Shown here: piece after piece, positions 14,901 through 30,100 of the stretch | Layout of the letters: the number at the start of each line of letters is the position of its first letter | Position numbering within the stretch: the first letter of the stretch is position 1 | DNA from: Eledone cirrhosa | Taxonomy: Eukaryota | Reading direction: 5' to 3' | Length of the DNA: 64,000 bases | Assembly (NCBI GenBank): GCA_964016885.1 | Contig: OZ024751.1 | Location: 992,001-1,056,000, forward strand | Program-made: the position numbers and the translations under genes | Notes under the pieces: generated by a model | What the model was told of the DNA's origin: nothing | Seen by the model: only the letters and a program-made list of their open reading frames with translations | Databases searched by the model: none

Positions 14901-17070
14901 GTACACACTTCTCTGAGTACAGTGGGTGAGTGTAGATATGTATATATCAACTGTACACACTTCCCTGAGTACAGTGTGTGAGTGTAGATATGTGTATATC
15001 AACTATACACACTTCCCTGAGTACAGTGTGTTAGTGTAGATAAGTATATATCAACTATACACACTTCCCTGAGTACAGTGTGTGAGTGTAGATATGTATA
15101 TATCAACTGTACACACTTCCCTGAGTACAGTGTGTGAGTGTAGATATGTATATATCAACTGTACACACTTCTCTGAGTACAGTGTGTGAGTGTAGATATG
15201 TATATATCAACTGTACACACTTCTCTGAGTACAGTGTGTGAGTGTAGATATGTATATATCAACTGTACACACTTCCCTGAGTACAGTGTGTGAGTGTAGA
15301 TACGTATATATCAACTGTACACACTTCTCTGAGTACAGTGTGTGAGTGTAGATATGTGTATATCAACTATACACACTTCCCTGAGTACAGTGTGTGAGTG
15401 TAGATATGTATATATCAACTATACACGCTTCTCTGAGTACAATGTGTGAGTGTAGATATGTATATATCAACTGTACACACTTCTCTGAGTACAGTGTGTG
15501 AGTGTAGATATGTGTATATCAACTGTACACGCTTCCCTGAGTACAGTGTGTGAGTGTAGATATGTATATATCAACTGTACACGCTTCTCTGAGTACAGTG
15601 GGTGAGTGTAGATATGTGTATATCAACTGTACACGATTCCCTGAGTACAGTGTGTGAGTGTAGATATGTATATATCAACTGTACACGCTTCTCTGAGTAC
15701 AGTGTGTGAGTGTAGATATGTGTATATCAACTGTACAGACTTCCCTGAGTACAGTGGGTAAGTGTAGATATGTATATATCAACTGTACACATTTCCCTGA
15801 GTACAGTGTGTGAGTGTAGATATGTATATATCAACTATACACACTTCCCTGAGTACAGTGTGTGAGTGTAGATATGTATATATCAACTATACACACTTCC
15901 CTGAGTACAGTGTGTGAGTGTAGATATGTATATATCAACTGTACACACTTCTCTGAGTACAGTGGGTAAGTGTAGATATGTATATATCAACTGTACACAC
16001 TTCCCTGAGTACAGTGTGTGAGTGTAGATATGTATATATCAACTATACACACTTCCCTGAGTACAGTGTGTGAGTGTAGATATGTATATTTCAACTATAC
16101 ACACTTCTCTGAGTACAGTGGGTGAGTGTAGATATGTATATATCAACTGTACACACTTCTCTGAGTACAGTGGGTGAGTGTAGATATGTATATATCAACT
16201 ATACACACTTCCCTGAGTACAGTGTGTGAGTGTAGATATGTGTATATCAACTATACACACTTCCCTGAGTACAGTGTGTGAGTGTAGATATGTATATATC
16301 AACTGTACACACTTCCCTGAGTAGAGTGTGTGAGTGTAGATATGTATATATCAACTGTACACACTTCCCTGAGTACAGTGTGTGAGTGTAGATATGTATA
16401 TATCAACTATACACACTTCCCTGAGTACAGTGAGTGTAGATATGTGTATATCAACTGTACACACTTCCCTGAGTACAGTGTGTGAGTGTAGATATGTGTA
16501 TATCAACTATACACACTTCCCTGAGTACAGTGTGTGAGTGTAGATATGTGTATATCAACTGTACACACTTCCCTGAGTACAGTGTGTGAGTGTAGATATG
16601 TATATATCAACTATACACGCTTCTCTGAGTACAGTGTGTGTGTGTAGATATGTATATATCAACTGTACACACTTCCCTGAGTACAGTGTGTGAGTGTAGA
16701 TATGTATATATCAACTATACACACTTCCCTGAGTACAGTGTGTGAGTGTAGATATGTATATTTCAACTATACACACTTCTCTGAGTACAAAGGGTGAGTG
16801 TAGATATGTATATATCAACTGTACACACTTCCCTGAGTACAGTGTGTGAGTGTAGATATGTATATATCAACTGTACACACTTCTCTGAGTACAGTGGGTG
16901 AGTGTAGATATGTATATATCAACTATACACACTTCCCTGAGTACAGTGTGTGAGTGTAGATATGTGTATATCAACTATACACACTTCCCTGAGTACAGTG
17001 TGTGAGTGTAGATATGTATATATCAACTGTACACACTTCCCTGAGTAGAGTGTGTGAGTGTAGATATGTA
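10230..17070. repeat. Tandem duplication of a 66-monomer (3419 bp) unit overlapping the 2279-bp duplication
   Basis: ORFs 10341/13760 and 10748/14167, ACACGATTCC at 12212/15631 and the 4-bp-deleted monomer at ~13006/16425 are all offset by 3419 = 66x52-9-4. Confidence 0.88.
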
Positions 17071-20000
17071 TATATCAACTGTACACACTTCCCTGAGTAC
17101 AGTGTGTGAGTGTAGATATGTATATATCAACTATACACACTTCCCTGAGTACAGTGTGTGAGTGTAGATATGTGTATATCAACTGTACACACTTCCCTGA
17201 GTACAGTGTGTGAGTGTAGATATGTGTATATCAACTATACACACTTCCCTGAGTACAGTGTGTGAGTGTAGATATGTGTATATCAACTGTACACACTTCC
17301 CTGAGTATAGTGTGTGAGTGTAGATATGTATATATCAACTATACACGCTTCTCTGAGTACAGTGTGTGAGTGTAGATATGTATATATCAACTGTACACAC
17401 TTCCCTGAGTACAGTGTGTGAGTGTAGATATGTATATATCAAGTGTACACACTTCCCTGAGTACAGTGTGTGAGAGTAGATATGTATATATCAAGTGTAC
17501 ACACTTCCCTGAGTACAGTGTGTGAGTGTAGATATGTATATATCAAGTGTACACACTTCCCTGAGTACAGTGTGTGAGTGTAGATATGTATATATCAACT
17601 GTACACACTTCCCTGAGTAGAGTGTGTGAGTGTAGATATGTATATATCAACTATACACACTTCCCTGAGTACAGTGTGTGAGTGTAGATATGTATATATC
17701 AACTATACACACTTTCCTGAGTACAGTGTGTGAGTGTAGATATGTGTATATCAACTGTACACACTTCCCTGAGTACAGTAGGTGAGTGTAGATATGTATA
17801 TATCAATTGTACTCACTTCACAGAGTACAGTGGGTGAGTGTCGATATGTGTATATCAACTGTACACACTTCCCTGAGTACAGTGTGTGAGTGTAGATATG
17901 TATATATCAACTGTACACACTTCTCTGAGTACAGTGGGTGAGTGTAGATATGTATATATCAACTGTACACACTTCTCTGAGTACAGTGTGTGAGTGTAGA
18001 TATGTATATATCAACTGTACACACTTCCCTGAGTACAGTGTGTGAGTGTAGATACGTATATATCAACTGTACACACTTCTCTGAGTACAGTGTGTGAGTG
18101 TAGATATGTGTATATCAACTATACACACTTCCCTGAGTACAGTATGTGAGTGTAGATATGTATATATCAACTATACACGCTTCTCTGAGTACAATGTGTG
18201 AGTATAGATATGTATATATCAACTGTACACACTTCTCTGAGTACAGTGTGTGAGTGTAGATATGTGTATATCAACTGTACACGCCTCCCTGAGTACAGTG
18301 TGTGAGTGTAGATATGTATATATCAACTGTACACGCTCTCTGAGTACAGTGGGTGAGTGTAGATATGTGTATATCAACTGTACACGATTCCCTGAGTACA
18401 GTGTGTGAGTGTAGATATGTATATATCAACTGTACACGCTCCTCTGAGTACAGTGTGTGAGTGTAGATATGTGTATATCAACTGTACAGACTTCCCTGAG
18501 TACAGTGTGTGAGTGTAGATATGTGTATACACACTTCCCTGAGTACAGTGTGTGAGTGTAGATATGTATATATCAACTATACACACTTCCCTGAGTACAG
18601 TGTGTGAGTGTAGATATGTATATATCAACTATACACACTTCCCTGAGTACAGTGTGTGAGTGTAGATATGTATATATCAACTGTACACACTTCTCTGAGT
18701 ACAGTGGGTAAGTGTAGATATGTATATATCAACTGTACACACTTCCCTGAGTACAGTGTGTGAGTGTACATATGTATATATCAACTATACACACTTCCCT
18801 GAGTACAGTGTGTGAGTGTAGATATGTATATTTCAACTATACACACTTCTCTGAGTACAGTGTGTGAGTGTAGATATGTATATATCAACTGTACACACTT
18901 CTCTGAGTACAGTGGGTGAGTGTAGATATGTATATATCAACTATACACACTTCCCTGAGTACAGTGTGTGAGTGTAGATATGTATATATCAACTGTACAC
19001 ACTTCCCTGAGTAGAGTGTGTGAGTGTAGATATGTATATATCAACTGTACACACTTCCCTGAGTACAGTGTGTGAGTGTAGATATGTGTATATCAACTGT
19101 ACACGCTTCCCTGAGTACAGTGTGTGAGTGTAGATATGTGTATATCAACTGTACACACTTCTCTGAGTACAGTGTGTCAGTGTAGATATTTATATATCAA
19201 CTATACACGCTTCCCTGAGTACAGTGTGTGAGTGTAGATATGTGTATATCAACTATACACACTTCCCTGAGTACAGTGTGTGAGTGTAGATATGTATATA
19301 TCAACTATACACGCTTCTCTGAGTACAGTGTGTGAGTGTAGATATGTATATATCAACTATACACGCTTCTCTGAGTACAGTGTGTGAGTGTAGATATGTA
19401 TATATCAACTATACACGCTTCTCTGAGTACAGTGTGTGAGTGTAGATATGTATATATCAACTGTACACACTTCCCTGAGTACAGTGTGTGAGTTTAGATA
19501 TGTATATATCAAGTGTACACACTTCCCTGAGTACAGTGTGTGAGTGTAGATATGTATATATCAAGTGTACACACTTCCCTGAGTTCAGTGTGTGAGTGTA
19601 GATATGTATATATCAAGTGTACACACTTCCCTGAGTACAGTGTGTGAGTGTAGATATGTATATATCAACTGTACACACTTCCCTGAGTAGAGTGTGTGAG
19701 TGTAGATATGTGTATATCAACTATACACACTTCCCTGAGTACAGTGTGTGAGTGTAGATATGTATATATCAACTATACACGCTTCTCTGAGTACAGTGTG
19801 TGAGTGTAGATATGTATATATCAACTATACACGCTTCTCTGAGTACAGTGTGTGAGTGTAGATATGTGTATATCAACTGTACACACTTCTCTGAGTACAG
19901 TGTGTCAGTGTAGATATGTATATATCAACTATACACGCTTCCCTGAGTACAGTGTGTGAGTGTAGATATGTGTATATCAACTATACACACTTCCCTGAGT

Positions 20001-23000
20001 ACAGTGTGTGAGTGTAGATATGTATATATCAACTATACACGCTTCTCTGAGTACAGTGTGTGAGTGTAGATATGTATATATCAACTATACACGCTTCTCT
20101 GAGTACAGTGTGTGAGTGTAGATATGTATATATCAACTATACACGCTTCTCTGAGTACAGTGTGTGAGTGTAGATATGTATATATCAACTGTACACACTT
20201 CCCTGAGTACAGTGTGTGAGTTTAGATATGTATATATCAAGTGTACACACTTCCCTGAGTTCAGTGTGTGAGTGTAGATATGTGTATATCAAATGTACAC
20301 ACTTCCCTGAGTACAGTGGGTGAGTGTAGATATGTATATATCAATTGTACTCACTTCTCTGAGTACAGTGTGTGAGTGTAGATATGTGTATATCAACTAT
20401 ACACACTTCCCTGAGTATAGTGTGTGAGTGTAGATATGTATATATCAACTATACACGCTTCTCTGAGTACAATGTGTGAGTGTAGATATGTATATATCAA
20501 CTGTACACACTTCTCTGAGTACAGTGTGTGAGTGTAGATATGTGTATATCAACTGTACACGCTTCCCTGAGTACAGTGTGTGAGTGTAGATATGTATATA
20601 TCAACTGTACACGCTTCTCTGAGTACAGTGGGTGAGTGTAGATATGTGTATATCAACTGTACACGATTCCCTGAGTACAGTGTGTGAGTGTAGATATGTA
20701 TATATCAACTGTACACACTTCCCTGAGTAGAGTGTGTGAGTGTAGATATGTATATATCAACTGTACACACTTCCCTGAGTACAGTGTGTGAGTGTAGATA
20801 TGTATATATCAACTATACACACTTCCCTGAGTACAGTGAGTGTAGATATGTGTATATCAACTGTACACACTTCCCTGAGTACAGTGTGTGAGTGTAGATA
20901 TGTGTATATCAACTATACACACTTCCATGAGTACAGTGGGTGAGTGTAGATATGTATATATCAGCTGTACACACTTCTCTGAGTACAGTGGGTGAGTGTA
21001 GATATGTATATATCAACTATACACACTTCCCTGAGTACAGTGTGTGAGTGTAGATATGTGTATATCAACTATACACACTTCCCTGAGTACAGTGTGTGAG
21101 TGTAGATATGTATATATCAACTGTACACACTTCCCTGAGTAGAGTGTGTGAGTGTAGATATGTATATATCAACTGTACACACTTCCCTGAGTACAGTGTG
21201 TGAGTGTAGATATGTATATATCAACTATACACACTTCCCTGAGTACAGTGAGTGTAGATATGTGTATATCAACTGTACACACTTCCCTGAGTACAGTGTG
21301 TGAGTGTAGATATGTGTATATCAACTATACACACTTCCATGAGTACAGTGTGTGAGTGTAGATATGTGTATATCAACTGTACACACTTCCCTGAGTACAG
21401 TGTGTGAGTGTAGATATGTATATATCAACTATACACGCTTCTCTGAGTACAGTGTGTGTGTGTAGATATGTATATATCAACTGTACACACTTCCCTGAGT
21501 ACAGTGTGTGAGTGTAGATATGTATATATCAACTATACACACTTCCCTGAGTACAGTGTGTGAGTGTAGATATGTATATTTCAACTATACACACTTCTCT
21601 GAGTACAGAGGGTGAGTGTAGATATGTATATATCAACTGTACACACTTCCCTGAGTACAGTGTGTGAGTGTAGATATGTATATATCAACTGTACACACTT
21701 CTCTGAGTACAGTGGGTGAGTGTAGATATGTATATATCAACTATACACACTTCCCTGAGTACAGTGTGTGAGTGTAGATATGTGTATATCAACTATACAC
21801 ACTTCCCTGAGTACAGTGTGTGAGTGTAGATATGTATATATCAACTGTACACACTTCCCTGAGTAGAGTGTGTGAGTGTAGATATGTATATATCAACTGT
21901 ACACACTTCCCTGAGTACAGTGTGTGAGTGTAGATATGTATATATCAACTATACACACTTCCCTGAGTACAGTGTGTGAGTGTAGATATGTGTATATCAA
22001 CTGTACACACTTCCCTGAGTACAGTGTGTGAGTGTAGATATGTGTATATCAACTATACACACTTCCCTGAGTACAGTGTGTGAGTGTAGATATGTGTATA
22101 TCAACTGTACACACTTCCCTGAGTATAGTGTGTGAGTGTAGATATGTATATATCAACTATACACGCTTCTCTGAGTACAGTGTGTGAGTGTAGATATGTA
22201 TATATCAACTGTACACACTTCCCTGAGTACAGTGTGTGAGTGTAGATATGTATATATCAAGTGTACACACTTCCCTGAGTACAGTGTGTGAGAGTAGATA
22301 TGTATATATCAAGTGTACACACTTCCCTGAGTACAGTGTGTGAGTGTAGATATGTATATATCAAGTGTACACACTTCCCTGAGTACAGTGTGTGAGTGTA
22401 GATATGTATATATCAACTGTACACACTTCCCTGAGTAGAGTGTGTGAGTGTAGATATGTATATATCAACTATACACACTTCCCTGAGTACAGTGTGTGAG
22501 TGTAGATATGTATATATCAACTATACACACTTTCCTGAGTACAGTGTGTGAGTGTAGATATGTGTATATCAACTGTACACACTTCCCTGAGTACAGTGGG
22601 TGAGTGTAGATATGTATATATCAATTGTACTCACTTCCCTGAGTACAGTGGGTGAGTGTCGATATGTGTATATCAACTGTACACACTTCCCTGAGTACAG
22701 TGTGTGAGTGTAGATATGTATATATCAACTGTACACACTTCTCTGAGTACAGTGGGTGAGTGTAGATATGTATATATCAACTGTACACACTTCTCTGAGT
22801 ACAGTGTGTGAGTGTAGATATGTATATATCAACTGTACACACTTCCCTGAGTACAGTGTGTGAGTGTAGATACGTATATATCAACTGTACACGCTTCTCT
22901 GAGTACAGTGTGTGAGTGTAGATATGTATATATCAACTGTACACACTTCTCTGAGTACAGTGGGTGAGTGTAGATATGTATATATCAACTGTACACACTT

Positions 23001-24500
23001 CTCTGAGTACAGTGTGTGAGTGTAGATATGTGTATATCAACTATACACACTTCCCTGAGTACAGTGTGTGAGTGTAGATATGTATATATCAACTATACAC
23101 GCTTCTCTGAGTACAATGTGTGAGTATAGATATGTATATATCAACTGTACACACTTCTCTGAGTACAGTGTGTGAGTGTAGATATGTGTATATCAACTGT
23201 ACACGCCTCCCTGAGTACAGTGTGTGAGTGTAGATATGTATATATCAACTGTACACGCTCTCTGAGTACAGTGGGTGAGTGTAGATATGTGTATATCAAC
23301 TGTACACGATTCCCTGAGTACAGTGTGTGAGTGTAGATATGTATATATCAACTGTACACGCTTCTCTGAGTACAGTGTGTGAGTGTAGATATGTGTATAT
23401 CAACTGTACAGACTTCCCTGAGTACAGTGTGTGAGTGTAGATATGTGTATACACACTTCCCTGAGTACAGTGTGTGAGTGTAGATATGTATATATCAACT
23501 ATACACACTTCCCTGAGTACAGTGTGTGAGTGTAGATATGTATATATCAACTATACACACTTCCCTGAGTACAGTGTGTGAGTGTAGATATGTATATATC
23601 AACTGTACACACTTCTCTGAGTACAGTGGGTGAGTGTAGATATGTATATATCAACTATACACACTTCCCTGAGTACAGTGTGTGAGTGTAGATATGTATA
23701 TATCAACTGTACACACTTCCCTGAGTAGAGTGTGTGAGTGTAGATATGTATATATCAACTGTACACACTTCCCTGAGTACAGTGTGTGAGTGTAGATATG
23801 TGTATATCAACTGTACACGCTTCCCTGAGTACAGTGTGTGAGTGTAGATATGTATATATCAACTGTACACACTTCTCTGAGTACAGTGTGTCAGTGTAGA
23901 TATGTATATATCAACTACACACGCTTCCCTGAGTACAGTGTGTGAGTGTAGATATGTGTATATCAACTATACACACTTCCCTGAGTACAGTGTGTGAGTG
24001 TAGATATGTATATATCAACTATACACGCTTCTCTGAGTACAGTGTGTGAGTGTAGATATGTATATATCAACTATACACGCTTCTCTGAGTACAGTGTGTG
24101 AGTGTAGATATGTATATATCAACTATACACGCTTCTCTGAGTACAGTGTGTGAGTGTAGATATGTATATATCAACTGTACACACTTCCCTGAGTACAGTG
24201 TGTGAGTTTAGATATGTATATATCAAGTGTACACACTTCCCTGAGTACAGTGTGTGAGTGTAGATATGTATATATCAAGTGTACACACTTCCCTGAGTTC
24301 AGTGTGTGAGTGTAGATATGTATATATCAAGTGTACACACTTCCCTGAGTACAGTGTGTGAGTGTAGATATGTATATATCAACTGTACACACTTCCCTGA
24401 GTAGAGTGTGTGAGTGTAGATATGTATATATCAACTATACACACTTCCCTGAGTACAGTGTGTGAGTGTAGATATGTATATATCAACTATACACACTTCC
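16150..24500. repeat. Imperfect duplication with ~4.8-4.9 kb offset (up to 95 monomers)
   Basis: ORFs 18374/23296 are offset by 4922 = 95x52-18. Shared markers: GAGAGTAG, ACTTTCCTG, GCCTCCC, the 1-bp deletion ACACGCTCTC, GTCAGTG and GAGTTTAG. The offset changes by whole monomers along the block (4818 at the 48-bp monomer). Confidence 0.8.
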
Positions 24501-27149
24501 CTGAGTACAGTGTGTGAGTGTAGATATGTGTATATCAACTGTACACACTTCCCTGAGTACAGTGGGTGAGTGTAGATATGTATATATCAATTGTACTCAC
24601 TTCCCTGAGTACAGTGGGTGAGTGTCGCTATGTGTATATCAACTGTACACACTTCCCTGAGTACAGTGTGTGAGTGTAGATATGTATATATCAACTGTAC
24701 ACACTTCCCTGAGCACAGTGGGTGAGTGTAGATATGTGTATATCAACTGTACACACTTCCCTGAGTACAGTGTGTGAGTGTAGATATGTGTATATCAACT
24801 ATACACACTTCCCTAAGTACAGTGTGTGAGTGTAGATATGTATATATCAACTGTACACACTTCTCTGAGTACAGTGGGTGAGTGTAGATATGTGTATATC
24901 AACTGTACACACTTCCCTGAGTACAGTGTGTGAGTGTAGATATGTGTATATCAACTGTACACGCTTCCCTGAGTACAGTGTGTGAGTGTAGATATGTGTA
25001 TATCAACTGTACACACTTCCCTGAGTACAGTGTGTGAGTGTAGATATGTGTATACACACTTCCCTGAGTACAGTGTGTGAGTGTAGATATGTATATATCA
25101 ACTATACACACTTCCCTGAGTACAGTGGGTGAGTGTAGATATGTATATATCAACTGTACACACTTCCCTGAGTACAGTGTGTGAGTGTAGATATGTATAT
25201 ATCAACTGTACACACTTCTCTGAGTACAGTGGGTGAGTGTAGATATGTGTATATCAACTGTACACACTTCCCTGAGTACAGTGTGTGAGTGTAGATATGT
25301 ATATATCAACTGTACACACTTCTCTGAGTACAGTGTGTGAGTGTAGATATGTATATATCAACTGTACACACTTCTCTGAGTACAGTGTGTCAGTGTAGAT
25401 ATGTATATATCAACTATACACGCTTCCCTGAGTACAGTGTGTGAGTGTAGATATGTGTATATCAACTATACACACTTCCCTGAGTACAGTGTGTGAGTGT
25501 AGATATGTATATATCAACTATACACACTTCCCTGAGTACAGTTGGTGAGTGTAGATATGTATATATCAAGTGTACACACTTCCTTGAGTACAGTGTGTGT
25601 GTGTAGATATGTATATATCAAGTGTACACACTTCCCTGAGTACAGTGTGTGAGTGTAGATATGTATATATCAACTGTACACACTTCCCTGAGTACAGTGG
25701 GTGAGTGTAGATATGTATATATCAACTGCACTCACTTCCCTGAGTACAGTGGGTGAGTGTCGATATGTGTATATCAACTGTACACACTTCCCTGAGTAGA
25801 GTGTGTGAGTGTAGATATGTATATATCAACTGTAGACACTTCTCTGAGTACAGTGGGTGAGTGTAGATATGTGTATATCAACTGTACACGCTTCCCTGAG
25901 TACAGTGTGTGAGTTTAGATATGTATATATCAACTATACACACTTCCCTGAGTACAGTGTGTGAGTGTAGATATGTATATATCAACTGTACACACTTCTC
26001 TGAGTACAGTGGGTGAGTGTAGATATGTATATATCAACTATACACACTTCCCTGAGTACAGTGTGTGAGTGTAGATATGTATATATGAACTGTACACACT
26101 TCTCTGAGTACAGTGGGTGAGTGTAGATATGTGTATATCAACTGTACACACTTCTCTGAGTACAGTGTGTGAGTGTAGATATGTATATATCAACTATACA
26201 CACTTCCCTGAGTACAGTGCGTGAGTGTAGATATGTATATATGAACTGTACACACTTCTCTGAGTACAGTGGGTGAGTGTAGATATGTGTATATCAACTG
26301 TACACACTTCCCTGAGTACAGTGTGTGAGTGTAAATATGTGTATACACACTTCTCTGAGTACAGTGGGTGAATGTAGATATGTATATATGAACTGTACAC
26401 ACTTCCCTGAGTACAGTGTGTGAGTGTAAATATGTGTATATCAACTGTACACACTTCCCTGAGTACAGTGTGTGAGTGTAGATATGTGTATACACACTTC
26501 TCTGAGTACAGTGTGTGAGTGTAGATATGTATATATCAACTATACACACTTCCCTGAGTACAGTGTGTGAGTGTAGATATGTATATATCAACTATACACG
26601 CTTCTCTGAGTACAGTGTGTGAGTGTAGATATGTATATATGAACTGTACACACTTCCCTGAGTACAGTGTGTGAGTGTAAATATGTGTATATCAACTGTA
26701 CACACTTCTCTGAGTACAGTGTGTGAGTGTAGATATGTATATATCAACTGTACACACTTCCCTGAGTACAGTGTGTGAGTGTAGATATGTATATATCAAC
26801 TATACACACTTCTCTGAGTACAGTGTGTGAGTGTAGATATGTATATATCAACTGTACACACTTCCCTGTGTACAGTGTGTGAGTGTAGATATGTATATAT
26901 CAACTATACACACTTCCCTGAGTACAGTGTGTGAGTGTAGATATGTGTATATCAACTGTACACACTTCCCTGAGTACAGTGTGTGAGTGTAGATATGTGT
27001 ATACACACTTCCCTGAGTGCAGTGTGTGAGTGTAGATATGTATATAACAACTATACACGCTTCTCTGAGTACAGTGGGTGAGTGTAGATATGTATATATC
27101 AACTGTACACACTTCCCTGAGTACAGTGTGTGAGTGTAGATATGTATAT

Positions 27150-30100
27150 ATCAAGTGTACACACTTCCCTGAGTACAGTGTGTGATTGTAGATATGTGTA
27201 TATCAACTGTACACACTTCCCTGAGTACAGTGTGTGAGTGTAGATATGTATATATCAAGTGTACACACTTCCCTGAGTACAGTGTGTGAGTGTAGATATG
27301 TGTATATCAACTGTACACACTTCCGTGAGTACAGTGTGTGAGTGTAGATATGTGTATACACACTTCCCTGAGTACAGTGTGTGAGTGTAGATATGTATAT
27401 ATCAACTGTACACACTTCTCTGAGTACAGTGGGTGAGTGTAGATATGTGTATATCAACTATACACACTTCACTGAGTACAGTGTGTGAGTGTAGATATGT
27501 GTATATCAACTATACACACTTCCCTGAGTACAGTGTGTGAGTGTAGATATGTATATATCAACTGTACACACTTCCCTGAGTAGAGTGTGTGAGTGTAGAT
27601 AAGTATATATCAACTGTACACACTTCCCTGAGTACAGTGTGTGAGTGTAGATATGTATATATCAACTGTACACACTTCCCTGAGTACAGTGTGTGAGTGT
27701 AGATATGTATATATCAACTATACACGCTTCTCTGAGTACAGTGTGTGAGGGTAGATATGTATATATCAACTGTACACACTTCCCTGAGTAGAGTGTGTGA
27801 GTGTAGATATGTGTATATCAACTGTACACACTTCTCTGAGTACAGTGTGTGAGTGTAGATATGTATATATAAACTGTACACACTTCCCTGAGTACAGTGT
27901 GTGAGTGTAGATATGTGTATATCAACTATACACGCTTCTCTGAGTACAGTGTGTGAGTGTAGATATGTGTTTATCAACTGTACACACTTCCCTGAATACA
28001 GTGTGTGAGTGTAGATATGTATATATCAACTGTACACGTTTCTCTGAGTACAGTGTGTGAGTGTAGATATGTGTATATAAACTGTACACACTTCCCTGAG
28101 TACAGTGTGTGAGTGTAGATATGTATATATCAACTATACACGCTTCTCTGAGTACAGTGTGTGAGTGTAGATATGTATATATCAACTATACACGCTTCTC
28201 TGAGTACAGTGTGTGAGTGTAGATATGTATATATCAACAGTACACACTTCCCTGAGTACAGTGTGTGATTGTAGATATGTGTATATCAACTGTACACACT
28301 TCCCTGAGTACAGTGTGTGAGTGTAGATATGTATATATCAAGTGTACACACCTCCCTGAGTACAGTGTGTGAGTGTAGATATGTATATATCAACTATACA
28401 CACTTATCTGAGTACAGTGTGTGAGTGTAGATATGTATATATCAACTGTACACACTTCTCTGAGTACAGTGTGTGAGTGTAGATATGTATATATCAACTG
28501 TACACACTTCTCTGTGTACAGTGGGTGAGTGTAGATATGTATATATCAACTGTACTCACTTCCCTGAGTACAGTGTGTGAGTGTAGATATGTATATATCA
28601 ACTGTACACGCTTCTCTGAGTACAGTGGGTGAGTGTAGATATGTATATATCAACTGTACACACTTCCCTGAGTACAGTGTGTGAGTGTAGATATGTGTAT
28701 ATCAACTGTACACACTTCCCTGAGTACAGTGTGTGAGTGTAGATATGTATATATCAACTGTACACACTTCTCTGAGTACAGTGTGTGAGTGTAGATATGT
28801 ACATATCAACTGTACACACTTCCCTGAGTACAGTGTGTGAGTGTAGATATGTATATATCAACTATACACGCTTCTCTGAGTACAGTGTGTGACTGTAGAT
28901 ATGTATATATCAACTGTACACACTTCCCTGAGTACAGTGTGTGAGTGTAGATATGTATATATCAACTATACACGCTTCTCTGAGTACAGTGTGTGAGTGT
29001 AGATATGTATATATCAACTATACACGCTTCCCTGAGTACAGTGTGTGAGTGTAGATATGTGTATATCAACTATACACACTTCCCTGAGTAGAGTGTGTGA
29101 GTGTAGATATGTATATATCAAGTGTACACACTTCCTTGAGTACAGTGTGTGAGTGTAGATATGTATATATCAAGTGTACACACTTCCCTGAGTACAGTGT
29201 GTGAGTGTAGATATGTATATATCAACTGTACACACTTCCCCGAGTACAGTGGGTGAGTGTAGATATGTATATATCAACTGTACTCACTTCCCTGAGTACA
29301 GTGGGTGAGTGTCGATATGTGTATATCAACTGTACACACTTCCCTGAGTACAGTGTGTGAGTGTAGATATGTATATATCAACTGTACACACTTCTCTGAG
29401 TACAGTGGGTGAGTGTAGATATGTATATATCAACTATACACACTTCCCTGAGTACAGTGTGTGAGTGTAGATATGTGTATATCAACTGTACACACTTCCC
29501 TGAGTACAGTGTGTGAGTGTAGATATGTGTATACACACTTCCCTGAGTACAGTGTGTGAGTGTAGATATGTATATATCAACTGTACACACTTCCCTGAGT
29601 ACAGTGGGTGAGTGTAGATATGTGTATATCAACTATACACACTTCCCTGAGTACAGTGTGTGAGTGTAGATATGTGTATATCAACTATACACACTTCCCT
29701 GAGTACAGTGTGTGAGTGTAGATATGTATATATCAACTGTACACACTTCCCTGAGTAGAGTGTGTGAGTGTAGATAAGTATATATCAACTGTACACACTT
29801 CCCTGAGTACAGTGTGTGAGTGTAGATATGTATATATCAACTGTACACACTTCCCTGAGTACAGTGTGTGAGTGTAGATATGTATATATCAACTATACAC
29901 GCTTCTCTGAGTACAGTGTGTGAGGGTAGATATGTATATATCAACTGTACACACTTCCCTGAGTAGAGTGTGTGAGTGTAGATATGTGTATATCAACTGT
30001 ACACACTTCTCTGAGTACAGTGTGTGAGTGTAGATATGTATATATAAACTGTACACACTTCCCTGAGTACAGTGTGTGAGTGTAGATATGAGTATATCAA

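Noticed and set aside
26190-26591. Longest ORF (133 aa)
   Set aside because: Explained by two nearby 43-bp monomers that remove in-frame stops. It has the same repeat-derived sequence as the other ORFs.
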